64,000 bases of DNA from Eledone cirrhosa (taxonomy: Eukaryota). Position 1 is the first letter of the stretch; each line of letters opens with the position of its first letter. Where the stretch lies: assembly GCA_964016885.1 (NCBI GenBank), contig OZ024743.1, positions 99,448,001 through 99,512,000 on the forward strand, read 5' to 3'. Of this stretch, positions 1 through 12,737 are shown in pieces. A program made the position numbers and the translations under genes. The notes beneath the pieces were generated by a model. It saw only the letters and a program-made list of their open reading frames with translations, was not told where the DNA came from and made no database searches.

Positions 1-1
1 G

Positions 2-33
<32 letters not shown>

Positions 34-169
34 CGTGTATGTGTGTTTATATATTTATGTATGTATGTGTGAATGCGTGTTTATATATTTATGTATGTAT
101 GTGTGCATATTCATGTTTTTCTCTGTGCATGTCTTTTACTTTGTATTTGACACTACTTGTAGTCATGAC

Positions 170-1176
170 AAGTTTATATAAACAAGTTCAGAGAGCTTAT
201 ACCACTATTAGCCGCTAAAGGGTTCTCCCTAAAAATGAAAGGCAGGTTGTACGATGCCTGCATACGAACAGCAATGTTGCATGGCAGTGAGACCTGGGCA
301 TTGTATGCAGAGGATATACGCAGACTAGAGAGGAACGAAGCTTGCATGCTCCGCTGGATGTGTAACAGTAATATACGTGAACGGCAAAGCATAAGCGAAC
401 TAAGGAAAAAATTAGAAATAAGAGGGATCAGATGTTGTTTACTCGAGAGAAGGCTACGTTGGTATGGTCACGTGATGCGCATGAAGGACGATAGCTGTAT
501 AACAAAGTGCAGGGCAATAAAGATAGACGGTAGCCACGGAATAGGCAGACCCAGAAAAACCTGGGACGAGCTGATAAATTCCGACCTCACACACTTACAC
601 CTCACCAAGACAATGTCACTGGACCGAGACCTTTGGCGGTACTCAGTAATAGAGAAGACCCACCTTACCTAAATACAAAGTAAAACCTACTACAGTCAGT
701 AGGCATCTCTAACAAAATACACCCCCATCCCACCACCCCCACCCCATCCACACCACCCCTTTCAATGTAAAGTTATGTTGGTGCCACAACATCCAGGCCG
801 AAACAAATGAGATCGTGTAGTGTCACGTCAAAAAAACACACAGTTCACGCTGTAATGTGGCCGTGTAGGCAACACGGTAAAAACCTCCCAGCCCCACACT
901 GTAAATGTGGTTGGTGTTAGGAAGGGCATCCAGCTGTAGAAAACCCGCCAGACAGTCCACACTGTAATGTGGCCGTGTAGGCAACACGGTAAAAACCTCC
1001 CAGCCCCACACTGTAAATGTGGTTGGTGTTAGGAAGGGCATCCAGCTGTAGAAAACCCGCCAGATAGTCCTATGCGAGCAAGATAATCACTCTTGCCTCA
1101 AGTGGGAAAACCCCCGTGCAAACCCATGCAAGCGTGGAACACGGACATTAAACGTTGATGATGATGATGATGATGA
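170..1176 (+). mobile_element. 5'-truncated RTE/BovB-type LINE: C-terminal ORF fragment (235-672), 3' UTR and (GAT)n tail
   Basis: ORF has KGRLYDACIRTAMLHGSETW...RRLRWYGHVMRM...GRPRKTW, close to the C-terminus of the RT ORF at 51628-53290; ends ACCCATGCAAGCGTGGAACACGGACATTAAACGTT(GAT)n. Confidence 0.9.
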
Positions 1177-2675
1177 ATATGTCTCCAGATGTGTGAACAA
1201 AAGTACCTTAGAAATAATCAAGTTTTATCATCAGAGAGAACATCCAGTCATAAAATACTGCCTTAAATGTTTCATCCAACCCATGCCAAGCTATCCAATG
1301 CCATATTGAATTGATAAGAATAATATAAATAATGAATGTAACTCCTTAGATATATTCATCACATATGTCTGTGCTGTTTCTTTCATAAACAGACATCATT
1401 TGTTGTTATGGTGTCATTCAACAGTTGATGTGAACTAGAGTATGTTGCATTTGCATATTCAAATCTTTACATCTTACCCCAAGGCTATTATTATACTGTG
1501 ACATGACGCATTTTCTTTTTAATATTTTTATAATATACGATATATTTTCACCACAAAATAACGTACTCGTCAATAGAATCAGTAGAGTGAATAAAAGATT
1601 TCCTTGCAGTTTTTACTTGTATACCTTTCCATTCTAAGTTCAAATCCTGTCATGGTTAACTTTATTATTACATGATTGATAAAATAAAGTACCTGTCATT
1701 CTAATCGACAATATACACCCTTTTTTATTAGGTGGTATTAGTATCAACTGGGCTGAAAATGTACTAAAACGAAAGAAATATTTCTGCAAAGCCATCATGT
1801 CCAGCCAATAACGTTGATACTAGCCAGTTTGGCCTCATCAACACATGCTATTTATAGCAAATTTCACTTTGCCATAACTGTCAACTTAGTAATGATTTTT
1901 GACTTAATTGTCTAATGCTGGTGATTGCATGCCTATGGGAATTATTTCTGAGCAGAGTAAATGGTCAGTTAATGCAGTCATCTGCTGTTATGGAGAAATT
2001 GTTAAAAGAACAGACGATATGCCGCTGCAAATAATTAAAGAGAATCAAGTGCTGCTTGCGGTATTGGTAAATGTATCATGCACACACATTATTTTGCTCA
2101 TTTATTTTGTTTATTCTACTGCTCACTTGAACACTAAATCCTCAGATGTTCATCTACTTGCTTTTAATAATCTCAGGTCATTTAATCAGTTATATAGAGA
2201 AAAACAATTTCCATGATGAATGTGTCCATGTAGTGCAGCAACTACTGGCTGGTGACTTCCCAACAATATCATATATATCTATAGATCTGATATCACATAA
2301 AAAAGGAGTCAATTGTCAGATTGAACCAAATTGAACCAAGGAAACTATGTTTCCATTGCTCTTTACATTGCTAATACTATCTGCTGGTTACCACTCCTAG
2401 TAGAAGGCAGGATTTGAATTCAGAATGCAAAGAACCAGATATAATAACACATCTTGTCTGGCTCTTTAAAAGTTCTGCCAATCCACTGCCCTTGGTCTGG
2501 TACTTATTGACTTCAAAACGATGAAAGGCAAAGTTGAACTCAGCAGGATTTCAACTTAGAGTCAGAATGTACTGAGAAGTTTAATCTGATGTTCTAATGA
2601 CTCTGGCATTTCTCATAAATATAATTAATTTTACAGGAACCACTAAATCAATAGCTTCATACAGCTTGTGTTTAT

Positions 2676-3052
2676 TACACTATCATATGACTGATACACA
2701 TTATACTGATATTACACTGTCATATCACTGATATTATACTGTCATATCATTGATATTACACTGTCGTATGACTGATACACATTACACTGATATTACACTG
2801 TCATATCACTGATACACATTATGCTGATATTACACAGTCATATCACTGATATTATACTGTTATATCACTGATATTACACTGTCGTATGACTGATATTACA
2901 CTATCATATCAGTGATATTATACTGATATTACACTGTCATATCACTGATATTACACTGTCATATCACTGATATTACACTATCATATCACTGATATTATAC
3001 TGATATTACACTGTCATATGACATGATACATGATACACATTATACTGATATT
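2676..3052. repeat. Degenerate minisatellite built on CACTGATATTACACTGTCATAT-like units
   Basis: Repeated motif visible directly, with irregular unit length. Confidence 0.85.
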
Positions 3053-3722
3053 AAAATGCTGATCTTTGCTGCACAGAATTATATAGATGCCTTTAATAAA
3101 ATCCACTCAGTTGCAATTACTTGGCTTAGGTCTCTGGTTTGAGGATAAATTTGTCCCTTCCTCCTACCAGTCCCAAAGGACCTGAAAGAGTAAAGGGTCC
3201 TGACTACTGGTGTTCCCTCTCTTAAAAAACATACAACTAATACTCATCACTTTATATAAACATTTTATGCTTAAGTAAAACATCTTAAATCATCAATATT
3301 TATTAATATTTTCCTTCTGAAAATTGTAAATGCTTTCATATACAGTTCTATTATGAACCATACTGTGTTAGTGCTACTGCTAAATACACACACACACACA
3401 TGTGCACAAAAACTCTGTCTGGTTATGTAGTGACAAGAACAAAATGTGACAACAATAATAAATTGTTTCTAATTTAGGCACATGGCCAACAATTAAAGGA
3501 GAAAGTTAGTTAAATTGACCCCAGTATTTGACTGGTACTTTATTTTATGAATCCCCAAAAGGATGACAGGCAAAGTTAACCTCAGTAACATCTGAACTCA
3601 GTATGTAAAGAACTGGAATACATACAACAAAACAATTTATCTTCCAATAAGTCAAATAATAGTTATTTCTAAGAGGGAAAAAGACATTAGCTGATGAAAT
3701 CAATGTTAGTAGCTGACTGGGT

Positions 3723-4813
3723 TTAACCCTTTAGCATTCACATTATTCTATATATCTATATATTAATTTCAACAATGTCAGTATTCCGTGTGTCATAATT
3801 CTCGAGTATCATTGGTTCATAGCTTTCAAATGATTTCGCCCACCTCAACGACGCCAAACTTAAATTAATATGCATAATGCCAACGAGGGAGTGAGAGGAG
3901 AGAGTAAGAAACAGAGAGGCAAAGTGAACGGTGTAACTATTACCATGTGTGCGTGTGTATGTACGTGCGCATATATTTATGTGTGTGTGCATGCGTGCAG
4001 CGTTCCACAGAAAGTAAAAGCAATTCGACTTTATCAAACAGTGAACTACAGCAGCGACAGCGTGCAGCCAGGAATGAAGAAAAACAGACCGAACAGTGCC
4101 ATTGGAATGCCGAACTTCAGAGGTGAAGATGTGCCGCCATGAATGAAAATGAAGAGGAGCTGGCTGAACAATGCCAATGAAACACTGGAGCCAAGCAGCG
4201 ACGGCGTGCTGCGATGGTTGAAGACGAACTGGCTGAGCATCATCTTTTATATTAATTATCTATATCTATATCTACATATAATATAAAAGATTGGAACTTC
4301 CATCATCCTTTTGAGAAATGTGGAACAACCATGTCTATGCAATGATACACGTTTTACAGTCAGGCAGAAGATGAACCATCTCCTAGAGGTCACTATTCTA
4401 GGTGGGAGCACCTAGAATTGTTCATATACTATGTACAAATGGTACAACGAAGAATCTGGTATATCTGGAAGATTTTTTTTACTGTTTTTTGTATCACACA
4501 GACACCACGGACTCGCCTCATACTGTAACCAGACAAACATCCAATACAGTCATTTTCTCTTTTACCTGTCTCCTCTTATCATCTGTTTACCCGGGCAAAG
4601 TTGGGTATGTCAGCTAGTACTATTATATTTTCATGGTAAAGGCTTTACCTCGCATAATCATCTCACATAACATCGAATCTATGAGATTTTGAAAGTATTT
4701 ATTTTGAGAACAATACCTTAACATCAGTTTAAGCGACCAGTTACAGCCAGTTTCAACAGAAAGAGGTAGAGAATTCTGGCCAGTTTTGGCCGGTTTGAAC
4801 ATTAAAGGGTTAA
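3723..4813. mobile_element. piggyBac-like MITE (family M1), interrupted by a Helitron
   Basis: TTAA-CCCTTTAGCATT start and ...ATTAAAGGG-TTAA end; internal sequence matches copies at 35070, 57446 and 62254. Confidence 0.8.
3755..4617 (+). mobile_element. Non-autonomous Helitron with RepHel remnants
   Basis: 5' TC, 3' CCCGGGCAAAGTTGGG hairpin then CTAG, inserted between A and T; 4287-4405 translates KIGTSIILLRNVEQPCLCNDTRFTVRQKMNHLLEVTILG (Pif1-like Helitron helicase), followed by GTTKNLVYLE (RepHel C-terminus-like). Confidence 0.85.
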
Positions 4814-5017
4814 TACATTATTGACCTTAGTTGGCAAAGTTAACCAACATTCTAATAATTCTATCAAATCCCCATCTCTAATAAGTCAAGCAATAATAGA
4901 AGGAAATGTATGACTCATTTCTCATGTTTCTATAACAAAGAAGCCACTACATGGTTGTTCAACAGGCTAGAAATTGCAGCCAAATTTCCCTTTTTGAAAT
5001 AATAATAATAATAAAAT

Positions 5018-5353
5018 TATTGTGTACAGTGCTCAGGTGCACTACAACTCATCAGAGGTGCATGTATAGTACATAGAATAATATACAAATGTCAGGGAAG
5101 TGAATAGTGTATGAGTCATGATATACATGTGTGCATGTGTATGGCAGTGTCTCGACAGCTAATAACTGATGCAGGTAGTTTCTTCCATGGAGGTTTTAAA
5201 GGATGCAGTGTCTCAACAGCTAACAACTGATGCAGGTAGTTTCTTCCATGGAGGTTTTAAAGGATGAAGTGTCTCAACAGCTAACAACTGATGCAGGTAG
5301 TTTGTTTCATGGAGGTTTTAAAGGATGCAGTATCTCAACAGCTAACAACTGAT
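5018..5353 (-). repeat. Dispersed repeat end (probable LINE 3' end) with a 61-bp tandem unit x~3.4 (5144-5353)
   Basis: TATTGTGTACAGTGCTCAGGTGCACTACAACTCATC recurs at ~45765; 61-bp period visible. Confidence 0.6.
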
Positions 5354-7177
5354 ATAAAGATACACATGTATATTTATGCACTCATTACAAATGTACATTT
5401 AGACACTCATACACACACATTTATATTTATACACTCATACACATACATGCTTACACACACATACACAAGTATGTTTACACACACATACACATGTATCATT
5501 ACACACACATACAAAGCAATACATCAATGGTGAAGCTTTGCAGGATGTAGAAGACAGTGACTACTGAAATGTGTAGGTCTAATGAACATCTACACATGCT
5601 GACATAAACACACACATGCCGACATAAACACACATACACAGATATGTGCCATCATATACATATGTAGACACTCATACTCAATTAACAAGAATTTTTTAAT
5701 CAGATATCACTATAAACATTTGTCATTCTACATTTTCTGATGCTGGCCTGGATTTCACCAGTTTTCTTTACTGTCATATCACATATAATTCCAATCTCTC
5801 TTCATATTTCTACAAGGCCCAGCCTCAGGTGATTTCATCTCACCAATATTTGCCACTTTTTCTTCTTCCACACTAACCCTCCACCAACATCAGAAAATTG
5901 CTCTCCTCTCACATCTTTATTCACATTAATTCTGGTTCATAGTTTTAGAATAATAGCAATCATTAACAGATGTTCTATTTTGACCTTTTATCTGCATGTT
6001 CTAGAATGGATGTTTTCAATATCAAATATTCTAATGGTCATTTTAAATGTCTGCAAAAAATTTTCAGTCAAGATAAATAATAAACTAGTTATTAAAACTC
6101 AATAATTATGAAAAATAAAACAGAAAAAAAATTCTTGTACAAAATTATAAGTTCTTAAATTGTACACAATGTGGCTAACTGGTTAAAATATTCACTTCTC
6201 AATTATGCAATCCCAGGTTCAATCAGACCACATGGCATCTTGGGCAAGTCTATTTTAATATAACCTAAGAGTGAAATTAGAAACTGGGTGTAAGCTGATC
6301 AGATGGATTATACCCAGGGTTCAAGGCCCAGCATGGCTATATTGTATCACACTGATTATCACCACAAGCATTTTAAGGAGATCTTACCTGCCAAAGCAGG
6401 ATTAGTGGTGCAGGCCCCATAATAAGATTCCTACTATCATGGGATTCTTTCTGAGGCAATGTCTTATGACTGGGTGCCCTATCTTGCACCAATTCTTTTT
6501 GTCACCTCTTATAATATACACAAAGGGTACATGCATCTGTGAAATACTCAGCCATTAATCATTGGTTTAATGAGTAGGAGAGTAAGACAGTCTGTGTTTA
6601 AAGTAATTTTGAAAAAGATTTTATTTTAATTTAATCTAAGATCTAACAAAAACACAGTGATCAAATGGAGATGTGGTAATCAAACAGGGACACTTTATTC
6701 TTACCAAGCATATGACGATGTCTCTAGTTGTTAGTACCTTGATATGCATGCAATACACTTAGTAAAATGATAGTGCTTTTCTTACAATAAAATGTATTCA
6801 GTAAACACTGTTACATATTTGGCATTAGGAAAGGCATCAAGCCATATAAAGCCAAAATATGGAATGTGTGCACAAGCTGCAGTTACCTCTCGTATCTTCA
6901 CTATGTGGTGGATCATCCCAATTATGTATGGAAAACAGACATTAAAAAACATAACAATGTAAGAAAAGATAATTGATCCATATTTCATGAAAGTTAAACC
7001 ATTTAGAAATAATTTCTCATCTAGCAGATTGCAGTCACCTGTCACTTACACTACAATTTGCACAAACTAAAGAAAACTTTTTAACTGTCAACATCAAATA
7101 AAAATATTTTCGAAGAGAATTGACAAAATTCAAAGTAGGAGAATTTACTGAGAAAATGGGAGAATTTTAAAAGGAAA

Positions 7178-7760
7178 TGGTGGTGGTGGTGGTGGTAGTG
7201 TGTGTGTGTGGGGGGGGGTAGTGGAGGTGTGGGGGGTAGTGGTGGTGGTGGTGATGGTGATGGTGGTGGTAGTGGTGGTGGTGGTGGTGGTAGTGGTGGT
7301 AGTGGTGGTGGCAGTGGTGGTGGTGGTTGTGGAAGTAGTGGTGGTGGTGGTGGTAGTAGTGGCGATGGTGGTGGTGGTAGTGGTGATGGTGATGGTGGTG
7401 GTAGTGGTGGTGGTGGTGGTAGTGGAGGTAGTAGTGGTAGTGGTAGTGGTGGTGGTGGTAGTGGTGGTGGTGGTGGTGGTGGTGGTGGTAGTAGTAGTAG
7501 TAGTGGTGGTGGTAGTGGTGGTGGTGGTGGAGGTAGTAGTGGTGGTGGTGGTGGTAGTGGAGGTAGTGGTGGTGGTTGTGGTGGTGGTGGTAGTAGTGGT
7601 GGTGGTGGTAGTGGTGGTGATGGTGATGGTGGTGGTGGTGGTGGTGGTGGTAGTAGTGGCGATGGTGGTGGTGGTGGTGGTAGTGGTGGTGGTAGTGGTG
7701 GTGGTGGTAGTGGAGGTAGTAGTAGTAGTGGTGGTGGTTGTAGTGGTGGTGGTGGTGGAA
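7178..7760. repeat. Imperfect (GGT/AGT)n trinucleotide microsatellite
   Basis: Direct reading; gives spurious poly-H/V/G ORFs. Confidence 0.95.
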
Positions 7761-8149
7761 GTGTTGGTTATTATTATTTGACGTTGCCCGATTAAACCTC
7801 ACAAAGGAGATGACAAAGGATTGAGATCTGTGGCATCATGCTGTACTGTAGAAGACCTGCCTTCCCATGTGCACAAAATGAAATGAAACAAACATGTAAA
7901 CGACACACTAGTCTGCACCAATCCTCTCTCCACCCAGCCACCCCCACACACTCTCCCTAGACTTAATAACCTGCTCTCACCTGTTAAATATCCTATGTAC
8001 CATACACTTGCTAAATATCCCACACACCTAATCAATGTCAAACTTGCTTACCTGACTGCCCAACCCTCACTATGACACACGTTGCCTGCCCAACCTGGAT
8101 ATAGAAGTATGATAGTTGGATGCGCTCAACATCTGACCTTACTCAATAC

Positions 8150-8540
8150 CATTGCCATGACAAAAAATACAAAGTCTACCCTATATGCTGATCCGGTGCT
8201 GCAACAGCAAAAGCACCTTGTCCACCCTGTAAGGTGATCATGCTTGTGACACAACAAAAAGCACTCAGTCCCCCCTGTAAGGTGGTCATGTTGGTGACAC
8301 AACAAAAAGCACCCAGTCCATTGTGTAAGGTGGTCATGTTGGTGACATGATAAAAAGCACCCAGTCCCCACTGTAATATGGGTGATGTTAGAAAAGACAT
8401 CCAGCCATAGAAACTAAGCCAAAATACAGATCCATATGAGCATAACATGGTCTCTGGGCCTGACTTATTTTGTATGTGACAACCGATCTAACCCAGGCAG
8501 GCATGGTAAAAATGGATGTTAAACAATGATGATGATGAGA
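8150..8540 (+). mobile_element. Degenerate RTE/SINE 3' tail with ~45-bp subrepeats
   Basis: AAAAAGCACCCAG...CTGTAAGGTGGTCATG subrepeats, ending in (GAT)n. Confidence 0.6.
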
Positions 8541-10062
8541 GCAGTGGACTGGTAGAATCATTAAAGCGCAGGACAAAATACTTTGTGGCATTTAATTACA
8601 GTCCTTTACGTTCTGAGTTCAAATTCTGCTGCGATCAACTTTAACTTTCATCCCTGAGGGAGATAAAACATTCAATTACTGGGTTTGATTTAATGTAATT
8701 ACTATATTTATGTGACAGTTATCGTGTCAATCTCAATGATGTGTGCTGTAGTTGTTTGATCAATGGAATTACATACTGACTGTACAATGAGTATTCTGCA
8801 GGCATTTGCAGCCTTAATGCAGACGCAGTGTGACAATATGTGTGACAAGACTGTCCTTTGGAATAACAGACAGTCAATCTGATCGGATTCCTCACAATTT
8901 CTATCAATCAAATTTGTATTCTATAGAGTAAATATCATTTTTCATTGACAACTATCATATATCTAGAGAAGTATTAGACCAGAAATTTTGCTGACAAGGG
9001 TATATATAAATGAATGTGGTTGATCCTAGTAAAGAACAGGAACTTTGATTTATTAACTCTAAGATGAAAGACAAAGTCGGTCATAAAATTTGAAGGCAGA
9101 ATTTTAACTCAAAATAGAAAGTGCTGAAACAGATACTACAAAAGATCTCATCAATACTCAAACAATTCTACCAAACTACCTCTATAGTGTGACACTATAT
9201 TTTATTAACTCTACTAGATATTTTATTTGATGTTCTAATAATGCTGCTAGTTTACCTCTATGGAGTGATACTACATTTTATTATCTCCAAAATGGATGAA
9301 AGGCAAAGCTGATCAAAACAAGATCTGAAATCAGTGCAGAGAAAGCTAGAACAAATACTGTGAGATATTCTACCCAACATCCTAACAACTGCCAATTAAA
9401 TGTATGTGAAAGACGTGGTTATCCAACCAACCCATGGCAGCATGAAAAATGGATGTATGATGATGATGATGATGACGATGGTGGTGGTGGTGATGGTAAT
9501 AATGATGATGATAATGATGACACCAACAACAAACTAAGATCATTGAAGCAAAGTGTTCCAATTCCAAAGTACTATTGCAGTGTGAGTGAAATTCCAGCCA
9601 CGAGCTTCTGATACCATTTAACTAGATATTGTTTCTTAAAAGTAGAAACAATACTCCTTCATTATTACTGACAATGTTATACTACTTCATAATTTCTGTT
9701 ATTCCGTATCTTTCAATTAATTGGAATAATGTATTAATATTAAGAAAATATCAATATATATTTGTTCTTTTGTTTGATAAATGTTAAAAATTTCAAATAG
9801 AAAGAAAAATTAAATAAATTTGTTTAAATCAATCTTTTTTTTTAATTTTCTTTTTTTTTTCATTATTTTTAGCTATAAAAAAAAAATTGATATAAGATTT
9901 ATATAACATTTTATTGGAGTAATTCTTATGTCTGTAATTAGTTGAAAATTAATAAATGAATTGAATTTCTTCGATTACATTTTATCAAGTTTTATAACTT
10001 TTCCTATAAAACACAAGTAATAGTTTCTCATAGATTGCAAAATAAAATAAAAAGAAAATGTC

Positions 10063-10097
<35 letters not shown>

Positions 10098-10287
10098 CGA
10101 TGGCCACAATGATGATAACATAAATCAATTTGCCATTATTTGCTTCCTATTTTCATTAGAGCAATCTGACAAAAATTATCAAATTTTCTAGATCACTTGT
10201 GCATTTTAACATTTAATGGTACCACAACATCGATTTAGAAAATATAATAAATATTTTGATCATACATATGCATACAGAAACAAACAG

Positions 10288-10319
<32 letters not shown>

Positions 10320-10501
10320 CACATACACACACATACATTCATACATACATACATACATACAGATATATATATATATACACATACATACATACATACAGAT
10401 ATATATATATATATGTGTGTGTATATATATATGTATGTATACATATATATACATACATATATATATATATGTATGTATATATGTATACATACATATATGT
10501 A

Positions 10502-10720
10502 TGGAGATCTCTCTGCACTTGTCGTCACATGGTACCATGGGCCCAGCACTATGTGTCAATAATTGTCACAAGTGTAGTGTTTGTACCAGAGTTTTCAAGT
10601 CGCTGGCTGGACTAAAAAGTCACACTCGTTCAGCGCATCGGTAGGGGTTCTCCTACATGGATATAAAGTAGTGGCTGTACTCGAAACGAGTTGGCAGCCA
10701 CCATGTATATATGTATGTAT
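10502..10720 (+). mobile_element. 3' fragment of an RTE-type LINE ending in a C2H2 zinc finger
   Basis: [23 protein letters not shown]; 3' end GGCAGCCACC(ATGT)n; near-identical minus-strand copy at 22905-23285. Confidence 0.75.
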
Positions 10721-11272
10721 ACATAGAGGCAGATAGCCTAAGGAAAGGGAGAAGGAAAGAAAAGACATTTTCTTAGCTTAGTAGTAAAAATGAGAAAGCT
10801 TTATCGAGAAATGAATTTTGCCAAACATACAATCAGACATATGAAGCATCACAATGATTTAATCACCTATTTATAAGTAATTAGTTTTCATATCATTTGA
10901 ATTATTTAATTATTTGCTTCTCTCACACTGTGTCTGTCTCAATGAGTGTGTGTGAACTATATCTAGCTTATGTATATTAGTGAGATGTGACCTCCTCACC
11001 TGCCCATATGAGGCGAAGGCAGTAACTCTAATTAAATACTTGCTTGCTCTGTGACAACTCAACCAACCTATGTCAGTATGGAAAAACTGACATTAAATGA
11101 TGATGACATGCGTGTGTACACACCCACATATACACATGTGTGCATATGAGTATGTTAATATATGTGTATGTACACACATATATTTATGTATTGAACAATG
11201 AAAATAGAACAAAAGTCGAAGATAAATTGTTAATTAATTCATTGTTGTACAATCGTTTCAGAAGCTTGATTG

Positions 11273-11348
11273 ATTATGGTAGATCTATATATTATGGTAG
11301 ATCTATATATTATGGTAGATCTATATATCATGGTAGATCTATATATCA
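11273..11348. repeat. 18-bp tandem repeat x4 (ATTATGGTAGATCTATAT)
   Basis: Direct reading. Confidence 0.85.
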
Positions 11349-11689
11349 ACTAGCAGTTTGTGTTTATGTCGCTACCTATTCCTAGTCTCAAAATCTGTGA
11401 TCTATCACACTATCTCCCTCAGAAACAATCTATATATGGATGGATATAGATCACGTGAAATACAGTGTCTTCAGCAAGACACTTCATTACACATTGTTTC
11501 AGTTCAATCAACAGAAAATGAGTACAAGTAGCAGTAACTAGGGGTTAACACTGCGACTGACTGGCAAGGGGTAGTCTTGTACATTCTGGTCTGTTCATTT
11601 AATGTCAATAATACCAAGTGAAGCTCAGAGAGTAATAATACCTGAGTATAATAAGGATAGGATGGTAAAAGTCAAGAGGGTTACTCCCA

Positions 11690-12206
11690 CTGTTGTCTAC
11701 AAAAGGTTTGTTTCTACGTTCAAAAGGACAACTGACTGTATGAGCCCTGTGTGTAAAGTGCAATGCTGCATGGTAATGAAACATGGGCTGTGACTGCAGA
11801 GGACATGCATAGAGTGGAGAGAAATGAAGCAGCTATGCTTTATTGGATGTGCAATGTAAATGTGAGAGTAAGGAAGAGCTTGGACGAGCTGAGGGAGAAG
11901 CTGGGTTTAAGAAGAATCTGAGGTGGTGTGCAGGAGGGAAGAATGCATTGGTATGGCCACGTGATGCGCATGGATGATGATCGTTGGGTGAAGAAATGCC
12001 AGAAAATCCTAGTGGAAGGAAACTACAGTAGAGGTAGACCAAGAAGGACCTGGGCAGAGGTTGTGAGAGTGGACCTTAAATTGTTGAGACTCACAGAGGA
12101 GATGACAAATGAACGCGATGAGTGGAGAGATGCCATGCTGAGAAGGACCCATCCAACCCATGCAAGCGTGGAAAAACAGACATGAAAACCATGATGATGA
12201 TGATGA
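11690..12206 (+). mobile_element. Degenerate RTE/BovB LINE 3' fragment
   Basis: WYGHVMRMDDDRWVKKC...RGRPRRTWAEVV; (GAT)n tail. Confidence 0.85.
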
Positions 12207-12269
12207 GATATGTATATATGAATATATATAAATATATATATATATATGTGTATGTATATATATATATAA

Positions 12270-12459
12270 CGAGGGAGTTGTGGTAAGGAACCAGATGGAC
12301 CATAACACACCAGAGTACTCAATACTTAGGGTAGTAAAGTGGGAATTAGGAAAAAGTATGACCCTGATAGCAGAGCTCAAGCTGTTTCGACGGCTATTTC
12401 TGAGTCCAGAAATAGCCGTTGAAACGGCTTGAGCTCTGCCGTCAGGGTCATAATTTTTC
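12270..12459. mobile_element. Penelope-like terminal-repeat remnant with a 53-bp-arm inverted repeat
   Basis: Arms 12350-12402 and 12407-12459; outer part related to 34248-34360; TA-repeat flanks. Confidence 0.55.
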
Positions 12460-12480
12460 ATATAAATATATATATATATT

Positions 12481-12737
12481 TTCTACTAACATTACAAGGG
12501 GTCTGACGAGCCGTGGATTACAGAGTCGGGTAAGATCAATACAGATTGAACCTTGAGCTCATCAATGGCGAAACGCGCGTCACCAACCAATAAATGTTAT
12601 GAAGGAGTAACCAATCGTCCTTGTTATTTCATTTCACTATAATACACTCCGTCTAGCTCTACACCTCGACACTGAAGTGAACGTAAACATCAAGTGCTCA
12701 CCCAGGTGAACCTACAGTAACTCCAAGTTATACTCCC
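12481..12737 (+). mobile_element. Penelope-like pseudo-LTR remnant carrying a hammerhead ribozyme
   Basis: Hammerhead followed by AATAAA (12589-12594); same family at 48531-48875. Confidence 0.7.
12500..12584 (+). ncRNA. Minimal type I hammerhead ribozyme
   Basis: GGT-CTGACGA-GCCGT...ATGGC-GAAA-CGCGCG-TC-ACC: intact core, palindromic helix III, GUC triplet (cut after 12581). Confidence 0.85.

Noticed and set aside
1790-2330. Repeat-free segment with ORFs 1908-2216 and 2146-2334 (similar unique tracts at about 37790-38050 and 56460-56930)
   Set aside because: No recognisable protein or splice support; conservation as a regulatory element cannot be judged without alignments
7167-7802. His-, Val- and Gly-rich ORFs (also 46463-47045, 54783-55338, 59314-60188)
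   Set aside because: Open frames arise trivially from microsatellites
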